DNA of 64,000 nucleotides from Bryobacterales bacterium (GCA_003162425.1 PMOK01000168.1:997-64996); one strand, 5' to 3'; shown: positions 15,832-26,555, numbered from the stretch's first letter. Made by a program: numbers and translations. Notes: a model not told the origin generated them from the letters alone.

Positions 15832-18696
15832 TCACTTGGCCGCAGGCACTCGCCGCCGCAACTCATCGAAGAAGTTCACGAGGAACGTCAAATGCGTGAT
15901 CGGCGGCGGGTCCACCGTCCCATCCGCATTCAAAACCACGGCGGCGCGCTTGCCATCCGGCGCCAGGTCGTAGGCGAAACTCTTGACGGGGTGCGGGGAC
16001 CACACCTGGGGCTCGCCGAACACAAAGGCATCGCCCCTGGCCGTGTAGCCGGTAACCATAATGGTGCGGGAGGACTCGATGAAGAACAGCTCAAGCCCAT
16101 TGCGCGACCAGATGGGGGCGTCGCCGCGGCTCGAAATCAGCCACCCCCCGCCCGGGCCTGGGAAAGGCACCACCCACACCCCTTCTTTTGCAGGATCGTG
16201 CGAGTAGTATGCCAGCCAGCGGCCATCGGGCGAGAATGCCGGTGAGATCGTTGAAAATGGCGTCTGCAGGAATGGCTCTGGCTTTCCCAGCCGGGGATGG
16301 CCCGCCTCGCCGTCGATAGTCGCCGTCCAGATCTCTATTCCGCCAGCCGTGCTTAGCTGGATCATTGCCAGCCGTTTGCCGTCCGGAGAGATAGAGTGTG
16401 GCGACTGCTGAACCTTTCCATCCGTCAGCCGTTGCGCCACGCCCGAGCCATCGGCGCGGATCGAATAGATGCCCGGCGCTGCGGGATTCGAGGACCAAAA
16501 TACCAGTTTCATTCCGTCAGGTGTCCACACCGGGCTCTGGTTTTGGCCTAGTAGAAGCGTGAGGCGCGATGCAATGCCGCGCTCCAAGTCCCCCACCCAA
16601 AGGTCCTCATGGCTCCGGCCGTCGCTGGCGGTAAACGCCAGGCGCTTGCCGTCGGGGGAAAAGCGTGGAGAAGCATAAAGTCCCGGAGCCGGGTGCAGCG
16701 GCCGCGTCTTACCGGTGCTATCCAGCCAGAAGATCGCCTGCTGCAGTTCACCCGCCGAACTAGCGTAGACGAAGGTGCCGGTCTGGGAAAAGCCGAAATC
16801 CCCTCCCGTGCCCTCCCCGTTGTGGATGTCTTCGACTACAGGCTGGGGCTCTCCGGTCAGCGCTAACCGGTCAAGATCAAACGGCGCCGCATATAGCACG
16901 CTCTGATGGAGCCAAACCAAGTGCCCGCTGGGAAGGTAGCGGGCGAAGAAGCCGCCGTGGTGAAGGGTTTTCCGCTCTCCAGTCTTCAATGCAATAACAT
17001 CGATATCAGCGTCGTCAAAGGTCTGCCCTATGTGCTGGGTGGTGAAAAGAACCGCCCGGCTTCCCGGTAGGATCTGCGGCCAAGCGTGCCTCCGTTCACT
17101 CTTTTCGTGGTTTAGCTCGGTCACCGGCGCGGGCGCGCCGCCCGCGGAGGAAATACGCGAGAGGCCTGTCCCAAAACCCAGTGGCGCGATAATATTGCCA
17201 TCGTCGCCCCAGCTTGCTGTGATCCTGCCGGGAGCGTCACATAGTGTCACGGCGGCGCCACCGGTGGCGGATATTTTCTTGATCTTACGGTCGGAGTGGA
17301 ACGCGATCCATCGACCGTCCGGAGAAAAAACGGGGGAGGCCGCACCCTCTGTGCCGGTGAGGGGTGTAAACTGCCTCTGATCCAGCCGGCGCGTGGCCAG
17401 GCGGATCTTGCCGTCCGCGCCGCGAACAATCACAGCCAGCAGCGTTCCGTCCGGCGAGAGCGCCAGGAAGCTTCCCGATTCGGTTCTCTCCAGCTTAATA
17501 TCCGGCCCCATCTCGACGTTGAGACGCATCAGCGGATTTGGAGGCGCAGCTCGGCTGGCGCGCCACCAACCGATGGCAGCGGTGACCGCGAGCGCCACAG
17601 CAAGCACCGCAGCAGCCCAGGGCCGCAGTCGAGCTGCTGCTGGCAACGGCCGCACCTCCTGCTCGGGCGCGTCGATGGCGATGCGTGCTTCCCCGATGGC
17701 TTGCAATCTTTGCCTGCGATCGCGTTCCAGGCACCGCCATAGCAGCCTGCGAATCCTCGGCGGCGTTGCCGCCGGCAACGCACTCCAGTCCGGCTCCGCT
17801 CGCAGCACCGCTGCCAAAATTTCAGTGACCGATTCGCCTGAGAACGCACGGCGTCCCACCAACGTCTCGTACAGCACCGCGCCGAACGCCCAAATGTCCG
17901 TGCGTTTATCTACTCTCTTTCCGCTGGCTTGCTCCGGGCTCATGTACGCGACCGAGCCGAGGATGATGCCGCCATGCGTCAGCGATAGCGTCGCCGTTGG
18001 TGCATCGGAGGGATCGTTTGCGGCGGACGCCGCCTCGACCTCCTTCGCCAAACCGAAGTCGAGCACCTTGACTAGTCCCGCCGGCGTGACCATAATATTG
18101 GCCGGCTTCAAATCGCGATGGATGATCCCCTTTTCATGAGCCGCTTCCAGCGCTTCTGCAATCTGCCTGGCGTAGTTGAGGGCCGTTTCAATCGGCAGTG
18201 GGCCTGATTTTATCAGTGAATTGAGCGTTTCACCTTCCACCAGCTCCATCACCAGTGCTTGCGATTCCACTCCATAGATATGCCCAATGTTTGGATGATT
18301 GAGCGACGCCAGCAGCTTGGCTTCACGATTGAGACGGGCGAGTCTGTCGGGGTTCTGCGCGAGAGAGTCCGGCAAGACTTTGATCGCGACCTCGCGGCCG
18401 AGCTTCGTGTCCTTGGCCCGGTACACTACACCCATTCCACCCCTACCGAGCATGGCCACGATCTGGTAATGCCCCATCCGCGCCCCGGCGGGCAACTGAG
18501 TAAGGTTTGATTCGCCCAGCAGATCCCCGGCAGGTTGGTCGAGTAGCGCACCATCACTGGGTTGTGCCAGGAGCACTTCCACCTCAGCTCGGATGTCGGG
18601 ATCGGCCAGGGCCAGCAGCGCGGCGCGGTCGGCCGGCGAGCGCTCTATTGCTGAGTTGTATAGCTCCTCGATATGGCGCCAGCGCTCGGGGTCCAT
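15832..18696 (-). CDS. Ser/Thr protein kinase (N-terminal ERW helix, TM, PD40-like propeller)
   Basis: MDPERWRHIEELY.., [39 protein letters not shown]; TM AAAVLAVALAVTAAIGWW; FSPDG(R/K) repeats. Confidence 0.95.
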   Translation of the reverse strand: MDPERWRHIEELYNSAIERSPADRAALLALADPDIRAEVEVLLAQPSDGALLDQPAGDLLGESNLTQLPAGARMGHYQIVAMLGRGGMGVVYRAKDTKLGREVAIKVLPDSLAQNPDRLARLNREAKLLASLNHPNIGHIYGVESQALVMELVEGETLNSLIKSGPLPIETALNYARQIAEALEAAHEKGIIHRDLKPANIMVTPAGLVKVLDFGLAKEVEAASAANDPSDAPTATLSLTHGGIILGSVAYMSPEQASGKRVDKRTDIWAFGAVLYETLVGRRAFSGESVTEILAAVLRAEPDWSALPAATPPRIRRLLWRCLERDRRQRLQAIGEARIAIDAPEQEVRPLPAAARLRPWAAAVLAVALAVTAAIGWWRASRAAPPNPLMRLNVEMGPDIKLERTESGSFLALSPDGTLLAVIVRGADGKIRLATRRLDQRQFTPLTGTEGAASPVFSPDGRWIAFHSDRKIKKISATGGAAVTLCDAPGRITASWGDDGNIIAPLGFGTGLSRISSAGGAPAPVTELNHEKSERRHAWPQILPGSRAVLFTTQHIGQTFDDADIDVIALKTGERKTLHHGGFFARYLPSGHLVWLHQSVLYAAPFDLDRLALTGEPQPVVEDIHNGEGTGGDFGFSQTGTFVYASSAGELQQAIFWLDSTGKTRPLHPAPGLYASPRFSPDGKRLAFTASDGRSHEDLWVGDLERGIASRLTLLLGQNQSPVWTPDGMKLVFWSSNPAAPGIYSIRADGSGVAQRLTDGKVQQSPHSISPDGKRLAMIQLSTAGGIEIWTATIDGEAGHPRLGKPEPFLQTPFSTISPAFSPDGRWLAYYSHDPAKEGVWVVPFPGPGGGWLISSRGDAPIWSRNGLELFFIESSRTIMVTGYTARGDAFVFGEPQVWSPHPVKSFAYDLAPDGKRAAVVLNADGTVDPPPITHLTFLVNFFDELRRRVPAAK

Positions 18697-18721
18697 TACA
18701 TGACGGCTTGTCTCATCAATC

Positions 18722-18964
18722 TTACTTCACGTGGTTGCTGGCCAAAAGCGAGCGGGCTTCACGCGCGTCCAAACCGCGCTGAATCAGATCGACGTCTTCA
18801 TCCGTGAAGGGGAGCGGCTTCCAAGTCATTTGTGCGAAGTCATTTGAATCCCACTGCGCTTTCATTACGCCGCTTTCCGAGTGCCGGGGGATTCCTTGCA
18901 GGATATGGGTGTTCTCATAGACGAGCACGTGCGCCAGCACCGCGTGCACTTGGTTGGGCATCAT
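18722..18964 (-). CDS. small hypothetical protein occupying the position where a sigma-factor gene is expected
   Basis: 80 aa from MMPNQVHAVLAHVLVYENTH.. to ..LLASNHVK*. Its stop is 25 nt upstream of the kinase ATG. The rest of track ORF 18722..19267 is antisense to a sigma fragment. Confidence 0.3.
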   Translation of the reverse strand: MMPNQVHAVLAHVLVYENTHILQGIPRHSESGVMKAQWDSNDFAQMTWKPLPFTDEDVDLIQRGLDAREARSLLASNHVK

Positions 18965-18983
18965 CTTGCTCACTCTATCGTAA

Positions 18984-19188
18984 GAAGATCTGGTTTCGCT
19001 CGACGATGTCCTGAATGCTCTTGCCGAGGTGGACGCGCGCAAGGCTCGTGTGATCGAACTCCGTTTCTTTGGCGGCCTGAGCGTGGAAGAGACGGCCGAG
19101 GTACTTAAGGTTTCATCGGATACCGTCCTGCGGGACTGGCGACTTGCCAGAGTTTGGCTCTTAGCCGAGATCAGCCGCAGAAGTTGAA
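18984..19188 (+). pseudogene. ECF sigma factor region-4 fragment, inverted relative to the kinase and frameshifted
   Basis: EDLVSLDDVLNALAEVDARKARVIELRFFGGLSVEETAEVLKVSSDTVLRDW, then one extra C near 19140, then (R)LARVWLLAEISRRS* in the next frame. It parallels residues DPDLVALDD..RDWKLAKVWL of the sigma gene at 22208. It has no start codon and no regions 2-3. Confidence 0.7.
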
Positions 19189-19404
19189 CCATCACGAAGA
19201 TTGGGACTGAAAAACGCGCTTGTCGGAGTATGGGGGGAACATGGCTGCTTCGTGAGGTCGTTACCAAAACGCTAAGCAGATGTAGTTAGTCTACGCTTCG
19301 CGACTGGCCTAGATCCCGGCGCGCGTGACCGGATTGTTGCATGGGACAACGCATCCGCAACCGCTTCCTCCGGTACGCACCAAACAAGGTCCGATGTGCA
19401 CGCC

Positions 19405-22218
19405 TTAATGGAACGCGCCGATGCGAACCTGTATGACACCGGAGTCTGGCTCCTCGGTGGATTGTAAGAAGTAGATCCTCAGGCCATCGCGGCTTACGGC
19501 TAATGGTCGCGAACCGCTGTCCATGCCGAGCGGTCCGGGTACTGAAAACAGCGGTACAGGAGTGGTGAAACGCAATTGAGTACCCACGCCGTCCACGCGA
19601 ACGGACCAGATTCGATCTTGATCAAAATATAAGATCTCTTTGCCATCCTTGCGCCATACGGCGAAATTGCCGCTATTCGCGATTTGCCTGCGAAGGCCGT
19701 GGCTCGTCAGCGGGTGCACGTAAATTCCAGATTCCGATTCAGCGTGGTAAACGGTCCATGCGCCGTCGGGAGACATCGCGGCGTTATCGACGCGCTGTTC
19801 CACAACCTGCTCCGGTCGACTCCCTCGATCGAGGGAAGCCGAAAGAAGGATAGCATCTTGTTTACGGAATTCACTGTAAAGGATTCGACGCCCATCCCCT
19901 GAAATGTCGTGCAACCAGAGCTGCACCCCTGAAGCAGGATGCTCCGGGTACATCCGAATCTCGGCGGAGCCAGTTATGGACAGCTTGACTATTTCTGCGC
20001 CTCTGACGCCAATCAGTCCCGAACCGTCAGGTGTCCAGACAATCGGTACAGCAGATCCTAGGCTGGTGCGGCCGGGTCCGTTGGATTCCATTACCCATGA
20101 GCCCACACTCGACGACACCAGTACGTGCGCTTCGTCAGGCGCTAGTCCGATGATTTCTGCGGGGACAGAAGCGCCAGCCGACCCTATTCGATTCCCCTTC
20201 CGGTCAAAAATCATCACTTGTGAAATGACCGCGGTTCCGCGACGCCACACAACGGTACCGGAGCGCGAGACGGAGAAGTATGCGTTGCGAGACGTGGCGT
20301 TGGATGCGACCCCCTCTTGAACGAGTTCGGGATCGCCAACTAAGTGACGGGCCTTCACATCAATCCTTTGCGGGTAGAGATTATCGTTTCGGACCCACAG
20401 AATGTGGCCGCCGCCGGCGCTCGTAAAGGCTGCGGCTGTATCGTTGCTGAACAACAACCGCGGATCGATAGCCTTCCCGCCCCGCATCGTCGCAATAAAC
20501 AGCTGGGCCTCAGCCGAGTCAGAAGGTGTGAACACAAATAGGAAATCTTCACCGCCCGGAAGGAACTCCGGGTTATAAAAACGACCCTCCTTGACCCCGG
20601 GCACCTCGACTGGAAATGCCCTTCCTCCGGTGGCGGGTACGCCGTACAAACCTATGTGAGCCGGAGAGGTTTGAATAATGGCGAAAAGGATAGTCCCTTT
20701 CTCGCTCCAGCTGCCCCCGCGGTAGGAGCCCTTAGAGGTCTCAGTGGTGATCAACTCCGTGGCGCCGTTGGGTATCTGCATTTTCATTAGACCACTGACA
20801 GTCGGGAATGCAATTGATTTAGAGTCGGGAGCCCAGAACGGATTGCCACCCCAAACAAAAGGAGGTAGCGAGTGATCTTGAAGCGAACCCAAGCTTCGTA
20901 TATGGAATCTGGCGTCGTTTGCACGATACACAACCGCTGATCCATCAGGTGAAATCCTTTCAACGCTGAGTCCACCGACGCGGACAAGATTCCTACCATT
21001 CGGTGGAACGATACTGAGCACTAATTCCGGCAAGGCGTTCGGAGCGGGAGGCTTTTCGCGGAAGTGCAGAAACGCCACCAATGCTAGGCACACTGCCAGT
21101 CCGGCAGCCACGCTCCAGGCTAGCCACAGGTGCCGAAACCCACCGGGCTCTGGTGCGCCTTCCGGGAGTGGCGTCTGACCATCACCGGAAACGCTCCATT
21201 CGAGGGCCCGCTTAAGATCGCGCGCAGTTTGAAAGCGGTCGGCCGGGTCCTTGGCGAGACATGCTCTCACCACCCGGTTCAACCCCTCCGGCTCCAGCTC
21301 CGGTGGTTCACGCTCCAAAATAGCTGCGATGATGCTGGCCGGACTGGCCCCCTCAAACGCACACTTACCAGTGATCATTTCGTAGAGCACCAGGCCGAAC
21401 GAGAAAATGTCGCTCCGCGCGTCCACCTCCTGCCCCTGCACCTGTTCCGGCGACATATATTGCACGGTGCCGATGATCGCTCCCGCTTCCGTCAGCGTGC
21501 TGATTGCTCGTGTCACCGTCCCCGAAGCGCCGACCTTCGCCACCCCAAAGTCGAGCACTTTCGCCCCCGCCTTCGTCAGCATGATGTTGCCAGGCTTCAG
21601 ATCGCGATGGATCACGCCGTGGCGATGAGCCGTTTCGAGCGCATCGGCTATGTGCACCGCGATCTGCAAAACCTGATCCAGCGGGAACGACCCTTTCTTT
21701 AGGCGGTCCGCCAGTGTTTGGCCCTCCAAGTACTCCATCACCAGGTAGTTAATTCCATTCTGGTGACCGACATCGTGGAGCGTGCAGATGTGCGGATGGT
21801 TCAGGCTGGAGATAGCTTTCGCCTCGCGCTCAAATCTCTCTCGGACTTGAGGTGTACTGGAAAGATGCTCGGGAAGAACTTTGATTGCGACGATTCGGTC
21901 CAGCCTGGTATCTTCGGCACGGTAGACCTCGCCCATGCCGCCCGCGCCCAACAGGGAAAGGATCTGATAAGCGCCGAGCTGCTGACCGATCATCGAGCCA
22001 ACGCGGTCCTGGGCTACCGCTTGGGCCAGCACTGCCATCCCAGGCGCATCCATGAACTTGTTTGCGGGTTCCTCGTGCGAGAGCAGCGATTCGATTTCCT
22101 GGCGAAGGGTCTCGTCGCCACGGCAGGCCTCTTCTAGGAACGTCGCACGTTGGCTCACTTCCCGCGCGAGCGCGAGGTGGTAGAGCCGCTCGATTTGCTG
22201 CCAGCGCTCAGGCGTCAT
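19405..22218 (-). CDS. Ser/Thr protein kinase (N-terminal ERW helix, TM, beta-propeller-like C-terminus)
   Basis: MTPERWQQIERLYH.., [39 protein letters not shown]; TM LWLAWSVAAGLAVCLALVAFL. Its start overlaps the end of the sigma gene. Confidence 0.95.
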   Translation of the reverse strand: MTPERWQQIERLYHLALAREVSQRATFLEEACRGDETLRQEIESLLSHEEPANKFMDAPGMAVLAQAVAQDRVGSMIGQQLGAYQILSLLGAGGMGEVYRAEDTRLDRIVAIKVLPEHLSSTPQVRERFEREAKAISSLNHPHICTLHDVGHQNGINYLVMEYLEGQTLADRLKKGSFPLDQVLQIAVHIADALETAHRHGVIHRDLKPGNIMLTKAGAKVLDFGVAKVGASGTVTRAISTLTEAGAIIGTVQYMSPEQVQGQEVDARSDIFSFGLVLYEMITGKCAFEGASPASIIAAILEREPPELEPEGLNRVVRACLAKDPADRFQTARDLKRALEWSVSGDGQTPLPEGAPEPGGFRHLWLAWSVAAGLAVCLALVAFLHFREKPPAPNALPELVLSIVPPNGRNLVRVGGLSVERISPDGSAVVYRANDARFHIRSLGSLQDHSLPPFVWGGNPFWAPDSKSIAFPTVSGLMKMQIPNGATELITTETSKGSYRGGSWSEKGTILFAIIQTSPAHIGLYGVPATGGRAFPVEVPGVKEGRFYNPEFLPGGEDFLFVFTPSDSAEAQLFIATMRGGKAIDPRLLFSNDTAAAFTSAGGGHILWVRNDNLYPQRIDVKARHLVGDPELVQEGVASNATSRNAYFSVSRSGTVVWRRGTAVISQVMIFDRKGNRIGSAGASVPAEIIGLAPDEAHVLVSSSVGSWVMESNGPGRTSLGSAVPIVWTPDGSGLIGVRGAEIVKLSITGSAEIRMYPEHPASGVQLWLHDISGDGRRILYSEFRKQDAILLSASLDRGSRPEQVVEQRVDNAAMSPDGAWTVYHAESESGIYVHPLTSHGLRRQIANSGNFAVWRKDGKEILYFDQDRIWSVRVDGVGTQLRFTTPVPLFSVPGPLGMDSGSRPLAVSRDGLRIYFLQSTEEPDSGVIQVRIGAFH

Positions 22219-22786
22219 GCGGCACTTCTCGGCTCAATTCCCGATGGAGCCACACCTTAGCCAGTTTCCAGTCGCGCAATACGGTATCTGGCGAGACTTT
22301 TAATACTTCCGCGGTTTCCTCGGCCGTGAGTCCGCCAAAGAAGCGTAGCTCAATGACTTGGCTCTTTCTAGGATCGATGGCGGCCAAGGCGTTCAGGGCA
22401 TCATCCAAAGCCACTAAGTCTGGATCTGTTCGCTGGAAAATATCAGGGCTTTTCTCCAACGATAGAGGGCGCACGCCCACGCCTCGCTTCAAGTAATTCC
22501 GGGAACGGGCGAAATCCACCAGGATGCGGCGCATTAGCTGCGCGGAGACAGCAAAAAAGTGAGCGCGGTTCTGCTACCGTACGCGGCTGCAATCCACCAG
22601 ACGCAAGTAGGCCTCGTTCACGAGTGCCGTAGTTTGCAGGGTATGCCCGGGGTTTTGGCCGGCCATGTAGTGGCGAGCCAACCGCTGAAGTTCCTTATGA
22701 ACCAACGGCATCAGTTCTTCCAGCGCCGAGGACTGGCCTTGGCTCCAGGCCAGAAGCAGCTCCGTAACCTGCTGTGGCAAAGGCAT
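22208..22786 (-). pseudogene. TIGR02999-type ECF sigma factor interrupted by one in-frame TAG
   Basis: Track ORFs 22574..22825 and 22208..22534 are in the same frame: ..[46 protein letters not shown]... The TAG (22574-22576) sits where this family has Trp in (V/E)WQNRAHFF, so TGG became TAG. Confidence 0.8.
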
Positions 22787-22877
22787 TCTCACCCGCAAGT
22801 GCCGCTCAGTATAGCATTTATTCAAAATCTTCCGGGACTGTTCCGGTTTTTCAAGCTATTTCCCGTCTTGGCTGTTC

Positions 22878-23552
22878 ATGACAACAGCCAGCAGTTACCT
22901 GCGTTTCTGGAAATGCCTGATGGTGATGCCGATTGGCACCGCTCTCCTTACTCGCCCGCTCTTGGCTGGCGGGCCACCGTCGAATCTGAAACTCACTGTG
23001 CAGGTGTACAACTCGGCTTCGGTCGCGCCTGGGACCTTGATAGCGGCAGAGGATGAAGGGGCCCGGATCTTCCGCGAAATGGGCATCGCCGTTCGGTGGC
23101 TCAACTGCCCCTTGACAATCTCCGAGGCTGCGGCCAATCCCATCTGCATCGCACCAGTCCCCCCAAGCCGGATTGCTGTCAGGATTACTTCTGAAATGCC
23201 GGCCAATCTCGCGGAGTCCTCGCTTGGTGTTGCTTTCACGGAGACCGGGATCTATGTCACTATCTATTATCCGCGCGTTGAAGAGTATGCCAAGGAGGGC
23301 ATTGCCAACCATTCTCAGATCTTGGGACATGCCATAGCCCATGAGATGGGCCATATGTTACTCGGTCCAGTGCCACATTCGCGATTCGGGATCATGCGCG
23401 GCGCATGGACGGCTGAAGACCTGCGAAACATTGCGATGGGCGCGTTTCTCTTCAAGCCGTACCAGTCCGTGTTAATTCGACAGGCCGCCATGCGACGCAT
23501 GCAGGGCGAGAAGGCTTCAGCTCCAGCACTTCCACTCGTGGGGCAATATTGA
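22878..23552 (+). CDS. putative secreted HExxH metallopeptidase-like protein
   Basis: Hydrophobic N-terminus (LMVMPIGTALLTRPLLAG) and ILGHAIAHEMGHMLLG (HExxH). Confidence 0.55.
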   Translation: MTTASSYLRFWKCLMVMPIGTALLTRPLLAGGPPSNLKLTVQVYNSASVAPGTLIAAEDEGARIFREMGIAVRWLNCPLTISEAAANPICIAPVPPSRIAVRITSEMPANLAESSLGVAFTETGIYVTIYYPRVEEYAKEGIANHSQILGHAIAHEMGHMLLGPVPHSRFGIMRGAWTAEDLRNIAMGAFLFKPYQSVLIRQAAMRRMQGEKASAPALPLVGQY

Positions 23553-23768
23553 GATTGACATCTAAAACGATCCATCGCGGCTCTTCTGACTAGGCGACCG
23601 GGCGCTGCGTCCCTATGGGTCTGCGGATCAAAGGTCTTGCCTGGCCGGCCTAGCGTTTACCTATCGGGCAGCCGGGCCGTTTTCTGGGAATTGGCCTGAT
23701 AAACGCGCAACTCGTCCCATTTCCTGATCTGACGAAAATTGGTCAGCGGATTATGGAGACCGCTGACA

Positions 23769-24761
23769 ATGAAAAACAAGACTGTGAAACAGAAGCGCCC
23801 CTCTCCCAAAAGAGTGCTTCGCCTCCCCGACCTCGATTACGCGAAAACGGTCGTCCTGAACACACTCAGTTCCGCAGATTCGCGGCGATCCTATCGATTT
23901 GCCATTGACGATTTCGTCACATGGTACTGCTCGGAACCGAGGCTCGCTTTCAGTAAGACCGTTGTTCTCCGATACAGACTGGAACTGGAGGGCGGTCATT
24001 TGGCCCCGTCCACGATCAACCTGCGCCTCGCTGCGGTTCGCCGCCTCGCGTACGAAGCAGCCGACACCGGGCTCCTCAGCCCCGATTTGGCCGCTGGTAT
24101 TCGCCGGGTCAAAGGAGCAAAAAAGGTGGGCGTCCGACTCGGAAATTGGCTCACCGCAGATCAGGCCAAAGCGCTCCTGCGCGCCCCGGACATCGAAAAA
24201 GTTCGGGGGAAGCGCGACCGCGCAATGCTGGCGGTCTTGCTTGGTTGCGGATTGCGCCGGTCTGAAATTGTCCACCTGAGCGTCGATCATCTTCAGAAGA
24301 GGGAAGATCACTGGGCCATTGTTGACCTGATCGGGAAGGGCGGCCACATACGGACCGTTCCGGTTCCGGAATGGGTCAAAGCGTCGGTTGACGATTGGGT
24401 GACGGTAGCAAACATCGGCACAGGGAGACTGTTCCGTTGTGTTAACAAGACCGGCTCAGTCTGGGGCAGCGGGATCACAGAGAAAGTCGTGTGGAGTGTC
24501 GTGAAAGAGTTCGCCGCTACTGTAGGCATCGATAAGTTAGCCCCTCATGATCTTCGACGGACTTGCGCCCGGCTGTGCCATTCTGTTGGCGGAGAGCTTG
24601 AGCAGATTCAGTTTCTGCTCGGACATGTGAGTGTGCAGACCACTGAGCGTTACCTTGGCTGCAAACAGCGTCTGCGGGGAGCTGTGAACGATTGCATCGG
24701 AATCGAGCCTGAGATGCAAACGAAGCTGCAGATCGCTGGAACTGCCGTTAGTTCAGGCTGA
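23769..24761 (+). CDS. tyrosine recombinase / phage-type integrase
   Basis: RDRAMLAVLLGCGLRRSE (Arg I), HDLRRTCA (H-x-x-R), LLGHVSVQTTERY (catalytic Tyr). ATG 23769 is preferred over the TTG at 23739. A 7-bp stem TCAGCGG/CCGCTGA lies just upstream. Confidence 0.9.
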   Translation: MKNKTVKQKRPSPKRVLRLPDLDYAKTVVLNTLSSADSRRSYRFAIDDFVTWYCSEPRLAFSKTVVLRYRLELEGGHLAPSTINLRLAAVRRLAYEAADTGLLSPDLAAGIRRVKGAKKVGVRLGNWLTADQAKALLRAPDIEKVRGKRDRAMLAVLLGCGLRRSEIVHLSVDHLQKREDHWAIVDLIGKGGHIRTVPVPEWVKASVDDWVTVANIGTGRLFRCVNKTGSVWGSGITEKVVWSVVKEFAATVGIDKLAPHDLRRTCARLCHSVGGELEQIQFLLGHVSVQTTERYLGCKQRLRGAVNDCIGIEPEMQTKLQIAGTAVSSG

Positions 24762-24851
24762 GAAGCCGACTCTTCATTCCCAATCCGGCCAAACCATCCC
24801 ACGCGATCCGTCTCCGCTCAAGACATCGGGCCAACTACTTTGTGTCCCGGC

Positions 24852-26090
24852 TCAATCCGGTTCGAGTAAGCCTGCCTTGAACAACGGACGCCCGGCCACG
24901 GCGGTGTGGAAGGCGTAGGCGGTCAAGGCGAGGATCACAACCAAAACGAAGACGGTTGTGCTCGCGTACCAGGTGGAGAAATCCGCAATCGGAAAGCCGC
25001 CCAGAGTGTTGCCCACAAAAAGGCATACGATCGTCGGCAGCAATCCTCCAAACCGGAGCAGGGTTGCAGCAAACAGCGTAAAGAATGAGATCTCGCCGAC
25101 CGCCCTGATCACAGGGTGAACGTCGCCGAATGCCGCCGAAGCCCCGAGCAGGACGAAAGCGGCCGCCGCGAGCCATTGCCCCCGCAGCAGCACGCGGAGC
25201 AACATAAGGACGAAAGTGAGCAACATTCCAAAAAGGAACGCACTGACCATCTCAGTTAGCAAACTGTCCGCCAGGCCCCGTGCATCCAGGGACGAAAGTA
25301 GTCCAGCGTTCGTGACGGGGCGATACTGCCCCAGAGCCAGCCGTCCACCTGAGTTCAGGAGCGCAAGTCCGATGCCCAAAGCCACACCGAAAAGGAGGTG
25401 TCCGCCCACCAACGGATCGCGAAATCCGCCACTGAGCACGCGGCTCCAGGTGATCATGCTCTGCGGCCAGCGCCTTCTCACATAAGGCTCGAACGCCAGG
25501 TAAAGCGCCCATATGGTTACCGTAGGGATCGCGGCGTCTAGCGCACCCGAAAGAAATACGCCGGCTTCGCTCAGCGCGGCAACAGGGTGGGTAGTCAATA
25601 GATGACTCAGCCAGGCTCCGCCGAAGACGAAGGCTGCCGCCCGGTTCGCTCCGCGGAAGTCGCCTCGTTTCGCCCGGAAGTTGCGCCAGGCTAGAAAAGC
25701 ACCCAGTGCGAGCACCACCATGACGACCACCAGTGGGCCAGGCGGGACGCCCGAGGACTGCGCCATTCGTTCGGGCTTGGACCAGGGCCCGATGACCCGG
25801 AAGAACACCGGCTTCCCGCGCCAGGACGCAGCTTCGATCCGCATCGGGACCTCGGTAGCGCTCGCGTATGATCCTGTCCATGATGCTCGCGCATCGAAGG
25901 GGGTGAGCGAAACCCACTGCGGCTCCGCCGAAGCGAAGCGCGTCATATCCAGGCCAGCCGCTGTGAATAAAACCTTCCAGTCAAAGGGAGCGGTCAGCGA
26001 AAGGTTGTCCTCTACTTGCGGCGGCACAGCGTCGAGTTGAAGCAACCGGCCTTGCGGATCCAGACTGAGCCCAATCATCCCGGAGACCAT
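24852..26090 (-). pseudogene. 5'-truncated gene: periplasmic-like segment plus a polytopic membrane domain
   Basis: 412 aa with about 8 hydrophobic helices. It begins abruptly (VSGMIGLSLDPQGRLLQL..) exactly where the repeat at 26096 starts. It resembles C-terminal halves of acidobacterial membrane kinases (recollection only). Confidence 0.55.
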
Positions 26091-26469
26091 GGGCGGACCG
26101 GTTCTCTACCGCGGGAAACAGGTCTACATCCAGGGTGAGCCGCTATTCGACATCGAGTATTCGGACCAACTTCTGATCCGCCTCCTAGAGGCCTTTAATC
26201 CAGAAAAGTATGGTCGACGCGTCGAGCAGATCAACCTGATGGACATCGATCCGGACAAGCTGACGCCAGCGCAGCTCGATAGGATCGCGGAGCACCTGAT
26301 CCAGAAGGCTTTAACTGGCAAACCTGAAGCTATGGTAGCCGAAGCACGGCGCCGGCTAGAAGCTGGGGAGACCGTAACAGTTGAGGCGCTGGCGGAGGAG
26401 ATGACGGAGGAGCCTGGGCACACTGGTGGTTCTCGAGAAGGGCAAGCGACCACCGGTGTGGTGCCATGA
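26089..26469 (+). pseudogene. 5'-truncated phage/ICE-type gene (terminase small-subunit-like), copy 1
   Basis: PVLYRGKQVYIQGEPLFDIEYSDQLLIRLLEAFNPEKYGRRVEQ... The pattern ..YSD.LLI.LL.A..PEKY.. recalls small-terminase/HTH proteins of prophages. The Met at 26089 is fortuitous, at the junction. Confidence 0.5.
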
Positions 26470-26555
26470 GTGATTGAGACAGCCTCAGCCGAGGCCCGCA
26501 AACAGCTCGAAGCTGGCCGCCGTTGCTATCGACGCCGAGTCGCCCGCGGTTGAAA
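26096..26555 (+). repeat. direct repeat, left copy, flanking the NRPS cassette
   Basis: Aligns with 35165-35637. The first ~165 bp differ at 6 positions by eye, and similarity continues past the ORF stop (..CGCAAACAGCTCGAAGCT..). Confidence 0.85.
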
